In this document: one piece after another, positions 1-10,918 of the stretch
Layout of the letters: every line of letters begins with the position of its first letter
How positions within the stretch are numbered: position 1 is the stretch's first letter
From: Epithemia pelagica
Taxonomy: Eukaryota > Protista > Bacillariophyta
Direction of reading: 5' to 3'
Length of the DNA: 64,000 nucleotides
Assembly (NCBI GenBank): GCA_946965045.2
Contig: OX337235.1
Coordinates: 3,658,001 to 3,722,000 of the forward strand
Translations under genes and position numbers: made by a program
Notes under the pieces: generated by a model
Databases searched by the model: none
What the model was told of the DNA's origin: nothing
What the model saw: the letters and a program-made list of their open reading frames with translations, nothing else

Positions 1-228
1 TACAAGAACGGAATTGGTAGTAGTACAATCGTTGTCGTATCCTCCCATTGCCACGACCGTCTGTCGCTTGGTGTTGTTGTTGTTGTTATCATCCGGATGA
101 TCAAGTACGACCGTAGCATGACGCTCTCGCCATCCACCCTCAAGAAGAGGCCATTCGGTTTCATTCCATCCTGGTTCTTGGTCGAAAAGGATAATGCCCG
201 ACTGCCAAGCTTGCTCTTTCAGTGTCAT
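1..228 (-). CDS. Kelch-propeller protein K0, 5' part (runs off the window start)
   Basis: Manual translation from the ATG at 228: MTLKEQAWQSGIILFDQEPGWNETEWPLLEGGWRERHATVVLDHPDDNNNNNTKRQTVVAMGGYDNDCTTTNSVLV, open to position 1 and colinear with K6. Its upstream region (230-360) resembles that of K6. Confidence 0.9.
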   Translation of the reverse strand, partial: MTLKEQAWQSGIILFDQEPGWNETEWPLLEGGWRERHATVVLDHPDDNNNNNTKRQTVVAMGGYDNDCTTTNSVLV

Positions 229-416
229 GGTTATGGCGCATTCACTCTCTTCAATCTTTAATAAATAGCTGGGAGAAAAAAGGAGCGCGTGGAAGCTTGA
301 GAGCCAAAAAAACTATCTGTCATGTGTACGGATCGCACATAGACTTCGTGACACAAATGACAACCAGCGATACAGCAATTATGGATGCAAGGTCTTCACA
401 TCTATAACCATACAGA

Positions 417-453
417 GGTCCATGGTCCATGGTCCATGGTCCATGGTCCATGG
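417..453. repeat. 7-bp tandem repeat (GGTCCAT)x5
   Basis: Five exact units read directly from the sequence. Confidence 0.95.
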
Positions 454-985
454 CGGATGGATGGAGCGCTCATTCGGATTTTCCCGTGAAGGACCGCACA
501 ATCCGGACTTGGTCGCGTTTCAGTCATTGACCATTGCGTTAGGAATGACACGTAGCAAGGGTAAAATATTATTGTCAAGATTGTCAAGGAATCGCGTACT
601 CATTACGGAACAAAACACCTCTATCGAAGCCAGGAAAGTCCTAGAATTGTCAACTAGCGTGCCTCCCAGTCCTTAATGGATGGGAGGTGTTTTCGTTTTC
701 TGCAGACTATCATGAAGGACTCTCGCATCATTGGTCAGATCGCTAGGAGTACGTGAAAATACAGACTGGCAAGTGTTTGATTTCGTATCACACAATAGAA
801 GATACATCGAACACTTCGCCAGGAGCTTCCGTTATGACAATCAGTACATCTCAAAGGATCGACAGCACCACTAACCAGCATATCTGTACTTTAATTGTAT
901 ATCATTTTTCTACGAAACGATCATTTCACACGGTCGGTCGATGGGTGTCTAGTGAAGTCGTTTTGAAACAGACTCGCTGCTCGAA

Positions 986-1477
986 TCACAATTCCTTCTC
1001 CTCGGCTTGGGCCGCAAAATAGGCTCCGACACAGCCGAGTACTTCACTGGCATCGTTGGAAATGGCCACATGCCGAATGATTTTGCCCTCTTGATTGTAC
1101 GTATCATGAACCAAGGCCGAGTACAAACCACCACATCCCAACTTGGTTTCAAAGTATCCATGAAACTGTGCCATGGATTCTGTATCGTCATTGCTCACAT
1201 AATCAAACTTCGGTACAAATTTGCCCACGGACGTGACAAAGGGACCAAAGGCTTCATCATAGGCACCCTAGAGGCAGGGAGTATCGGGAGCAAAGCACAA
1301 GGTAAAGGTAGCATCGTCGGCAAAGCGATCGCGAAGGGCTTGTGGATCGGTCGCGACATTGGCAAACGCTTGCGCCGTGGCATCTTCGTGAGGACGGCGA
1401 CTCCATGCCGGTGTGGACGAAAAAACAAGGAAAGAGAAAAGGGCAAACAAGACAGAAGTTGTTGGAGTCATCATCAT
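986..1477 (-). pseudogene. Secreted SnoaL/NTF2-like fold protein interrupted by one in-frame TAG (1268-1270)
   Basis: ORFs 1268-1477 and 986-1228 are in the same frame. Joined: signal-peptide-like MMMTPTTSVLFALFSFLVFSSTPAWS, then DPQALRDRFADDATF...PCL*GAYDEAF...TYNQEGKIIRH, which resembles SnoaL-like domains (recognised by eye). Confidence 0.6.
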
Positions 1478-2069
1478 GGTGGTCTGGTATTCGCGTCAAT
1501 GTCGTTGGATTGGGTGTTGTTTCTACGGTGTGCTTGGATCTTTTTTTGATCCTTTTGATTTTTATGGATCGGTGATTGGGGCAACGCCATGGCTCAGCAA
1601 GCGCGAGTACGGTGTATCCCAAAAAGTGGCCTGCGCAATTTTCCGATTTCGTGCTCACGCCGTTTGCAGAGGGATGCAGGATTACTCAGTCGCTTTTGTT
1701 CGCATAGTTGGTGAATATTTGACTGTACAATAAGAAGTAAGAGTAAAAAGTAGTAAGTACGACCACGGGAGTGCGCTTTGTATTCGCCGACGTGCGCGCA
1801 CAATCTTTCTCGTGGGTATAGCAGCCTATTACCCTAGCACAGAAATGACAACGGAAACTTTTTTTCCTCTTTCCTATGGATGGTACAATGGATAGCCATG
1901 GTGCAAACTGATGAGCGAGATCCCTACCGTCACATTCATTGTTTTAAACCTGAAGTAATATGCCGTTCCCTGATACGCTTGGTATGTGTGTTCGAGTGCA
2001 TGTGTGCTTGTGATGTGAACATAATTCGTTCTTGTGTATAAACTCTTTCTCATGTTTGAGATATTTCGA

Positions 2070-5000
2070 CTACGAGTTATTAGATGTAGCTCCTCGGTAA
2101 CTTGCCTTGCCCTGCGAGGACGACGACGACGGTCCAAATCGTAGCGATTGGGAGGATGTGGGCATGGGTCGTTGTTGTTTCTGAGCATGGCTGTTATTAT
2201 TGCTGGCGGATTGGCTGGCTGGATGTGCCCCGCCACCCAGCAAGGGACGATTCTTGACAGGCGACTGCGACGTCGTATTGCGGCCGACCGAGCGAAACAT
2301 GCGACGATGGGGAGATGGTGGGGCCGCGGCGGACGACGTCCCAGACGAATTGGTCGCAGTAGCAGCATCCTCTGGTCTTGTACTCTTCCCATTCGAGGAT
2401 GACGATAATACTGCTGACGCCGATCGGTCGGACCCTTTTTCGTTCAAAAGTCCTGCAAAGGCACTTCCCTCTAACCGTTTCTTCAGTGGAGAAGATGTGG
2501 AGCTGTTTTGTTGATGAATTGCCGAAAGCGATGTGGCGCGATCAACCGTTGGTCGTAGCCGTTCATCAGGCATTGATACTGCAACTGGTACCTTGCTTTG
2601 TGATGACACAGAACTACGCATTGGTGCGTCGGCTTTTCTTGCATCGGCTTTTCCATACACAGGCGCGACAGGATCAGGTCCAGAAGGTTTTGCCGCAGTT
2701 GATGACGAGGACGAATGCGGTAAACCAGTAGAGGATGTACTGCCACGCTTGTTTTGGCCAGGTGGATCGCTCTTGTTCTTGTTGCTGGTGGCATCCGGAT
2801 TTTGCTGCGAAGACGACGAAGTAGAGGTACCACTGGGTCGCTTAGGTTCTGATCCAGAGTTTCGAACAATTACTCGACGATTTCGCACGGGCGAAGTGGG
2901 GACTTTGGGCGGACCCTCTGGAGGTTCTTCAGCCGTAACAGGAGAACCAGGATCCTTGTCATTATTTTGTGGTTGTTGAGAGGAACCTTGCGTAGGGATG
3001 TGTTGAACACGCTGCTGGTTCACAAGGGAAGAAGGGTCCACAGATCGTCGACTTCTCTGCGGAGACGTTGTTCGCGCAATGGATGAACCCTCTCCCATCA
3101 TTCCGCCGTTTCGAGTCAAAGATGATGAATCGGATGACGAGGAGGCCAAAGGAGGGGGTGGTGGAGGAGTTGGTCGGACGATTGTACGGACCAAGGGTTT
3201 TTCAATTACTGGTTCGCCTTTTCCTTCCGAGTTGCTAGGGGTCTTGCCGCTGCTTGATGACCGCTTGACGCTGCGCGTGCTGTCTTCGTTGGAGACTGAA
3301 GCGGGTGGCTTGGGATCGGGCTGTGCCTGGGAAGTCTTTGCAGCACTCATATCAATGGGTGGGGGTCGTCTCCGGCTCGGGGATGTTGGTCCTCCAGATG
3401 GTAACATCGACGATGGTTTCGTAGCAGCGGGGGGCTTGTAGATGTCACCCAGACGATTTCGTGGTGGAGAGGTATAGCTTCGTGGTATAGCCGCCGAAGA
3501 CCTGTTGCTCGCATTGACAAATTTGGATGCCATGGCAGCTGTATTGTTTGAGCGATACAAGGACGACTCAACGCCTTTTGTCTCCTTACTATCCTGGGTA
3601 TGATCCAATTTTCCACCGGTCGCTAAAGTATCTGGTTTGGGCTGTTCCTCTTCTTCCTTGCTCTTGCCTTGCTCGTCGTTGTCATCTAATTCCCCTGCAT
3701 ACTCCAGGGCTATGGCACGTACGTCGCAGTACCATCCTCCACTCACAAAGACCAATTGCTCACCAGGGAGACATCGGATTTTTAACGCACTCTCTCCTTC
3801 CATGGTCACTTTGACAAAGGTTTGCCAATCTTGCGTCGGAGTAAACGAGAGAGCAGGGATCATTTTGCGCAACTGATTGGCACTGTACTTGAAGTTGGAA
3901 GGAATCACAGAGTCATCATCACCGTCATTGCTACTTCCATCACTGCTGCTACTATCGCTGTCACTGCTATGACTGCTATCATCGTCCCTCGTCTTTTTAC
4001 CACTGCTACCATCGCCTGAGTTTCGTAAAACGCCTTTGGGGACAATACCGATATGACATGTGGCTCCTCCGTCATCTCCACGACTCAGTGGTACAATGAC
4101 ACGATACTTCCCCGGAACCAAGGCTTGTTTCAAATCCCACACAACAATGTTGTCGTCGGATCGAATTTCAATACACGATTGTGTCGTGGAGGACAAGGGT
4201 CCCAACAAATTGGCCATGGCCTTGTTGACAGAATGGACCGTACATCCTGTCCCTGTGACTGCCACGGCACTTTCGGGGGACAAGGTAGTCTTGTTCTTCT
4301 TGAACAAGAAGGAGGGTGATGAGAGAGAAGAAGAAGAGGACGACGTTTCAGGCCTGGGGGCACAAAAGGAGGAAGACCGCAACGGCGATGAAGATGATTC
4401 GGGTTCCTTGCTGTCACTTGTCTTGTCGTTCTCCTTGTTGTTGTTGCTGCTGCTGCTGCCACTCGCAATGGGTGGTGGAGCAGAAAGGCTGCTCGCCGCC
4501 GTGTTCTTTTTGGCATCGGCATAAATCGATGCCATGGAATACGATCGCGTTGGTGAAGCTCCAATCTTGTTGCTTCCCGACGAATATCGAGTAGAAGGAG
4601 GACCTCGAGGCTTGTCCGTCGACGATGGCGTCAATGTCTCGTTGGTGGGGGGAGACGAGGATGCAGAGGCCGAGGATGGAGACATGGGGACACCCGGAGA
4701 CGAAGAGCCTTTTGCTTGTTGTTGTTGCAGAAACTGCTGCCGCTGCTGTTGCAACTGTTGGCGCACCTGTTCATGCTGTTGATCTTGTCGGTATTGTTGA
4801 GACTGGGATTGCTGTTTGAGGTTCCCCAAGGAACTTTCCATTTGTTTCATGCGATTGATAAAGTTCATGACAAGTTCGTTGATTTGAGACTTTTGACGTG
4901 ACACGGCCAATTCCAGATCCTTCACCTTGTCGTTCTGCTTGGATTGTGCAGCCTCCATGAGCAATTGTTGACGCACCAATTGGGATTGATCTTGCTGCAT

Positions 5001-7843
5001 TTTGGCCTGTTTCTGAGCGACCACGACCATAGCTGCCGCAGTCGGACCACTACTACTCGGACTGTGATGGGACGAAGAATCGTCCTCATCGTCGTGATCG
5101 GTATCATCGTCATCGTCGTCGTGATCGGTGTCTTCCAGTGCCTTGTTCTTGTTGGTGGCCGCGTTGGCCGCCGCCAATGCAGCACTATGATTGGAATCTT
5201 GCTGTCGTTGCAATTCGTCTTGTTGCAATTGTTGTTCTTCAATTTGTTGTTTGAGTTCTTGTTGTTGCTGGTCTTGAACTTGCAATTGTTGTTGCAATTC
5301 TTGCAGCAAGGCATGTGTTTCGGGCGATGGCGGTGCCGAAGCGGACGGCTTATTGGACACGGCCGCCTGTTGCTGCTGTTGCTGTTTCTGTACTTGACGC
5401 ATTTGCTCCAATTCCTTGGCTTGCTGTTGGACTTGTTGTTGCACTTGACTTTGCCATTGCTGGAATTGTTGGGCCTGCTGTTGGACTTGCTGTTGCAATT
5501 CTTGCTGTTTGCCTTGTTGTTGTTGCAACAAGATGGTTTGTGATTCGACTGTTTTGGTTTGTTGTTGCAAGTGGACATGAAGTTCATGCATATCTTGTTC
5601 TTGTTCCTGGACTTGTTCGAGCAATTGATCAACCTGTTCTTGTTGTTGCTGAATGATCACGGATTGCAAATGTTCCAATTGTTGTCGAAATTGTGTTTCA
5701 TGTCGTTGTCCCTGTTTTTGCAAGGTGGACAAGGTCAAGCCCTGCGATTCCACCGTCCCTCCCATGAGTTCGACTCGTTCTTCCAACACTTCATGAGCGG
5801 CAATCCGAGCCGAATCGTGCATGGACATGACACCCATGCCGCCACCACCGTCATTGGTGTCGCTGATGCCTCCTTGTTTCTCCTCATGATCTTGCAAATG
5901 CGACTGGAATTGAGTGTGCAAAAAGTTGAGTTTGTCGTCGTGTTTGGACATTTGTTCTTGGACTTGCTGAATTCGTTCCATGAGAAGGACATTGTTGTTG
6001 TTATGGGTATTGTTGCTGTTGTTGGCTTTGTGGTTGGACGACAAGAGTGGCTGAAGGGGTTGAATGCTGCCACTGCTCGTGGTGGGCCCAATCATGCCGC
6101 GCGGTCCATGATGACTGGTCCCACCGCCACCGCCACCCGTCGTGGTTGTGAGCAAGGTGTCATCGTCAATGTCATCGTCTTCGTCGTACTCACTGTCCCC
6201 GTCATTGGTCGTTGTTGTACTCCGGTGCGGTCCACCACCATTCGTATTCGTACAAGTCGTACCCGGAATGCGAATGACGGGATCCAAACTACTGCCTCGT
6301 CGCGAAACGGTATGTTGCGGTGCTAGCAAACTGGACAATTGCAAACTGGTGCCACTGTTTTGCAAATTGGAATTGCTCGTATTGCCCCGCGACAAGGAAT
6401 ACAGCGACGACGACGATGTTTGACGATGCTTGGCCAACGTCTTGTTGTTGTGGTTGTGCTGGGCCGACCCTGGTTGCTGCGAATGATGGGACTGCGACTG
6501 TCGTGTGTGTTGTTGTTGTTGATGGTGTTGCTGCAACAAGTGTTGCAATTGTGCTTCGTTTTCCACGGCTTGTAGGGACACTTCATTGTGGCCCGTTTTT
6601 TGGACGGCCAGTAACACATCTTGCAAATCGGAATCATTGGCAATCCAAAAGGGCACGGTTGCGGCTTCTGTGGTGGTGTTTGGGGTCGCCTGAGGACTGT
6701 TGCGCCAATAGACAAATTGAAAGGAGGAAGCATCATTGGTGGTGGTGTCCACGGTTCGAAACGAGTGCGTACTCCAGTCTCCACTAGCAGGTTTGGTGGT
6801 GCTGCCCTGCTGCTGGAGGACGACTTGACTGGCCACGTGTTGCAGCTTGTGCAATTGCGCTTGTCCCGTTTCCCGTGACACGATGCGTTCCACTTGAATC
6901 AGTCGGACCATGGTGGTCGTCGTAGACGCAGGAGTCGCAGCATGGTCCTCCTCAGTGCTGTGGGAGGAGGATGGTGGAGCCGCTACGGCGGCGGTAAAGG
7001 CAATGCGCAAAAAGGTGGGATGGCTACTGGTCACATGGACGGTAATATCCAAGGCAGCCCCGCCTTGAAACAAGAGGGCATCGGCCAAATCATCGGGGCC
7101 GACAATCAAACTGGTTTCGTGTTCGGAAATGGGATAGGACAAGCGCAGGCCGTGTCGCGACACACCAAAGGTTTCACTGGCCAAGGTGACGAGCTTGTCA
7201 AAGGAATACAAGGCGGCAGTAGATTTGGTTCCTCCTCCATTCGCCGACGAGGAGGCGTCCTCGCGCAAGCGATCGACCCGAATCCGACGACATTGCGACT
7301 TGTCTATAGAGTGTCAAGACCGAGCAACCAGTGAAATAGATTGTTTCAGAACGAATGTTCCATACGTACAAACGGCAAGATATGGATTGGAAATGAAAAA
7401 AAAATAACAAGAAAAAGAAAAGACAACACAACAAGAACAAGAAACGTCCAGGAAGAAAAGCAACAAGAGAAACCGTGTGAGCATGAGACACCAAGAAATG
7501 GATCCCCTTGGCCGAGAGGAATGAAAGTGCCGTTTCGTCCTCTCGACCTTTTTTATCTGCATGTTGGGTACCTACCATCTTGTCCGGCCAAGAACAATTT
7601 GACCACGGACGGCAATCGAACGACCGTTTGCGGAGGGGGCGACATGGGTACGGGCGCCGGTCCAGCACCACCACCACTTGTCGTTGTCGTAGTAGAAGTG
7701 GGAAGTTTGAGGGGACCATTGCTACTGGCATTCCAGTGATCCAACGTGGTGGGCCGATGCGTGGGAGTTTTGGGATGCGGTTGTTGATTGGGACTCGAGG
7801 GTCGGGGTGTGTGATGATGATTGTGCACATGAGGATTCATCAT
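2070..7843 (-). CDS. ~1833-aa protein: N-terminal PB1-like domain(s), Q-rich coiled coil, CBM6/galactose-binding-like beta-sandwich, long S/P-rich disordered tail; 2 exons (7843-7576, 7303-2070)
   Basis: 1732-aa ORF plus an upstream exon joined through a GTAGGT...CTATAG intron (7575-7304) that keeps frame (5502 nt). The splice yields VVKLFLAGQDDKSQCRRIRV...LRLSYPISEHETSLIVGPDDLADAL, a PB1-like pattern. Confidence 0.8.
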
Positions 7844-8142
7844 GGTTGTAATGATACTGATGAAATGACACTGTGCCAAGGAGTCAATCTGATTTATTCC
7901 TTCACCACGGTTGTGGTTTTTGCTTCCAATCTAGGAACTCGTGACACGCCTTGTTTCTCGCACTCTCCTTCTCACACACTTGCCCGTTGTTACTGGTTTC
8001 TTCTTCCTTTGCAAAGTGGATCTAAACACCCAACACCACCAACCAACAATCGAAGCAATCACCACACTAGTCAGATATGAATCTCTCGGTGCAATGGCTC
8101 CGCTCTCTCGGCCAAAAGAAAAAGCGTCATTCTTCCAATACT

Positions 8143-8187
8143 CCCAAAGGGTCTTTTGTGCGCGCCTGTCGGCAACTTCAAATCGAC
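8143..8187 (+). promoter_or_regulatory. Conserved kelch upstream motif, copy 1 (CCCAAAGGGTCTTTTGTGCGCGCCYGTCGGCAACTTCAAATCGAC)
   Basis: Near-identical 45-mer about 205-250 bp upstream of the K1 ATG; seven copies in the window. Regulatory function is inferred from position only. Confidence 0.6.
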
Positions 8188-8392
8188 ATGCCCAACCAAT
8201 TGTTGGGGGGCGTTGGGGTTTTACGAACAAAAAACTCTCGAAAGAAGGGTTCCCCCCCAAACTCCCCCATTTGGGACAACCGTCGGATTCAATCGCAGCG
8301 TGTATCAGTCATCATCTGTCATTCTCTCTCTCTCGATCTAGCAAACAGACAACACCGTCATAAAAGAATGCTTACCAAAGTGAATAGACACC

Positions 8393-9601
8393 ATGAGCAT
8401 GGTACTACAAGAACAAGCACGACAATCGGGGCTTTTCGTATCGGACGAGACAGCCGAATGGAATGAAGCCGACTGGCCTCGTCTTGAGTGTGATGGATGG
8501 CAACAATATCATGCTACGGTCGATCTGAATCATCCCGATATGGACGACACTGACAACACCAGGGGACAAACCGTCGTCCTGTTGGGCGGACATCAAAACC
8601 CAGGTACAACCAATTCCGTTCTTGTATTGAACTTGGCAGAGTCCAACAAGCAGTGGCGAAGAGGTCCACCCATGAACCAGAAACGTCAGAACCATGCCGC
8701 CGTTGTTTGCAATGGTGGAGTTTATGTAATGGGAGGACACTATGGAGCAGATTTGGATTGTATGGAACGAATTGACATCAATGATCTGCTGCAATCATCT
8801 TCGACACCGAGCAGCACACATGAGAGCCATTGGACGACATTAAACTGTCGATTGTTAACGAGGCGATGTGGATGCAGTGCTGTTGCGGTTCAAAATCGAT
8901 ATATTGTTGCAATGGGTGGATGGAACAGGTTGGAAGCCTTATCGTCGGTGGATATTATTGATACCAACCATCACACTGTAGTTGCAGGACCACCCATGAC
9001 TGTTCCCCGATCATATTGTGGCAGTGCGGTCATTGGCCACCGTATCTTTGTCGCTGGAGGCTGCACAACCAATACTTCGGTCGAATATTTGGACTTTACA
9101 ACGGCTAGTGAGAATGAGGAGAGTAACGACGACAGTTTGTCTACAGTCATTTCATTCTCGTCCGCTTGGAAGACAACTCATTCTGATTTGGTGCTTTCCC
9201 ATCCACGACATTCTTGTACAATGGTAGCCGTTGGATATTGCCTCGTGGTGGCGAGAGGAGAAAGTCCAACCGTACAAGTCTTGAATACGCACCGCTACCG
9301 TATGTGGAATCTCCCACCATTCGGAACTTACCGCCATTGCTCCAGTATGGTGACGTTTGCCAATCAAGTTGCCGTGATTGGTGAAAATCCGGATCCTACC
9401 TGTGCGACATTACCTCTAATGGACAAGAATACATGGTGCTTTTGTCGACTTTGTGAACAGCAATGCAACGAACGGTATCATTCTCTGGAAGGATCAGGTG
9501 CCCAAGATGTTCATGTAACGGGTAGTATGCGAAATGCCAATGTACGGCCCTGCTTGACCTCGACATTGCCTCGTAAACGAGCATGCCCAAATACTCCCTA
9601 G
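8393..9601 (+). CDS. Kelch-propeller-only protein K1 (402 aa, six blades)
   Basis: Six repeats with hydrophobic-GG motifs and R-x-x-H/C...W spacing (VVLLGG, VYVMGG, IVAMGG, IFVAGG, LVVARG, VAVIGE). No BTB or F-box domain visible. Confidence 0.92.
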   Translation: MSMVLQEQARQSGLFVSDETAEWNEADWPRLECDGWQQYHATVDLNHPDMDDTDNTRGQTVVLLGGHQNPGTTNSVLVLNLAESNKQWRRGPPMNQKRQNHAAVVCNGGVYVMGGHYGADLDCMERIDINDLLQSSSTPSSTHESHWTTLNCRLLTRRCGCSAVAVQNRYIVAMGGWNRLEALSSVDIIDTNHHTVVAGPPMTVPRSYCGSAVIGHRIFVAGGCTTNTSVEYLDFTTASENEESNDDSLSTVISFSSAWKTTHSDLVLSHPRHSCTMVAVGYCLVVARGESPTVQVLNTHRYRMWNLPPFGTYRHCSSMVTFANQVAVIGENPDPTCATLPLMDKNTWCFCRLCEQQCNERYHSLEGSGAQDVHVTGSMRNANVRPCLTSTLPRKRACPNTP

Positions 9602-10039
9602 AGGACATGCTGATCAAAGGAAGAATGAAACTGAGACATGTTGTTCTTTATCGAGTGACTTGTTTCCTACATTCAGTTGCAATCCTATAGTATAGATAAT
9701 GGTACCTGAAAAGTAGAATCAAAATGTTGCAAGATATGATCTGTGCTCTTTGTTGTCCGAGGATCGTTGAGGATTGCGAATTCTCCTGCTATAAAGACAA
9801 CATACAATTCTCTGACGAACCATCCTACAAAACATATTGAATGATCGCAAAAGAATAAGAAACGAATAGCAATACTTGTTATATGGAATCGCCGATCTAT
9901 ATCGTTGATTTTCCTTTGCTTGTTTTACGTTGTCTCGCAATGGGATGCGGTTCTGGCACCAAGGGCTTTCTTGAATCCGATACATGCGTTCATGGGCTGT
10001 TGGGTGTGCCTTGAAGGCACATGCTATGATCCTGCTTCC

Positions 10040-10490
10040 TCAGTCCGCACATGTTACTGGACGACGAGACCAAGCGGATAAGAAAGAGTAATGGTTAGTG
10101 AGCATATCTTGTGCAATGCTAGTATCATTGGAATTGTCAAGGGCGTGTTGTTTCTCGTGCTGATTGCGTCGGATGCCCCTGCTATTACGGTATAGTTGCT
10201 GGAAATGAACCTTTAATGAGGGCAATGTCACGACAAGTATGGGTCGTTATGGAACACTGTTTCTTTTACCCTCCTCCGGATGGGACAAACCTGTACATTC
10301 CTCCGTCGTTGAGGGTGATAAGGACTCGACGAGCAGGACCGAAGAATGGTTTGAAGTGGTAGGACTTGGATTCGGTGCGGTAAGGTCACAGGCCTTGGTC
10401 CAAGGATCGGTCGCAGTGTCCAGTGGCGATACTACTAATAGGAACCGACGGTGGTGTATTCCGAGCAGGAGAGGTTTCCAATCATGGAGA
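10040..10490 (-). pseudogene. Internally collapsed relic of the 21186-25265 gene
   Basis: The reverse complement matches separated pieces of that gene (about 23270-23475, 23835-23880, 24150-24170). Translation TATDPWTKAC..TAPNPSPT..NH compares with TATDPWTRACTAPNPSPTMLNH. Confidence 0.8.
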
Positions 10491-10643
10491 AGGAACAAGT
10501 TTCTTTTAGTGATGTCTTCTTCTTGCCAATTGACAAACAATCAAAGCAATCACATCACCCGAATCGCACACACAAGACGTAAATATATACCAATCTCTCT
10601 TGCAATGATGGCAGAGACATCATCCTTCCAGTACACGAGTATT

Positions 10644-10688
10644 CCCAAAGGGTCTTTTGTGCGCGCCCGTCGGGAACTTCAGAGTCGC
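10644..10688 (+). promoter_or_regulatory. Conserved kelch upstream motif, copy 2
   Basis: CCCAAAGGGTCTTTTGTGCGCGCCCGTCGGGAACTTCAGAGTCGC upstream of K2, followed by an 18-G tract at 10729-10746. Confidence 0.6.
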
Positions 10689-10918
10689 AGATCGTCTCAC
10701 GTCTTCTCCCCAACCAATTTTTTTTCCTGGGGGGGGGGGGGGGGGGCTTTGGGTTTTTACAAACGAACAAACGGAGACCCGAGAACGAGGACGAGACTGA
10801 CAACAGTCGGATTCAATCACACTGCGTATCTGTCACTTCTCTCTCGATCTCGAAAAACAGCAAACGCAGACAACACCGCCATAAAAGAATGTTCGTACCA
10901 AAATGAATAATAGACACC

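Noticed and set aside
4922-6787. Long antisense and alternative-frame ORFs over the PB1 gene (also over 16-25 kb, 36052-37128, 46570-47385, 56947-57870, 59194-60216)
   Set aside because: These are shadows of low-complexity or stop-poor coding sequence on the other strand or frame, with no recognisable motifs.
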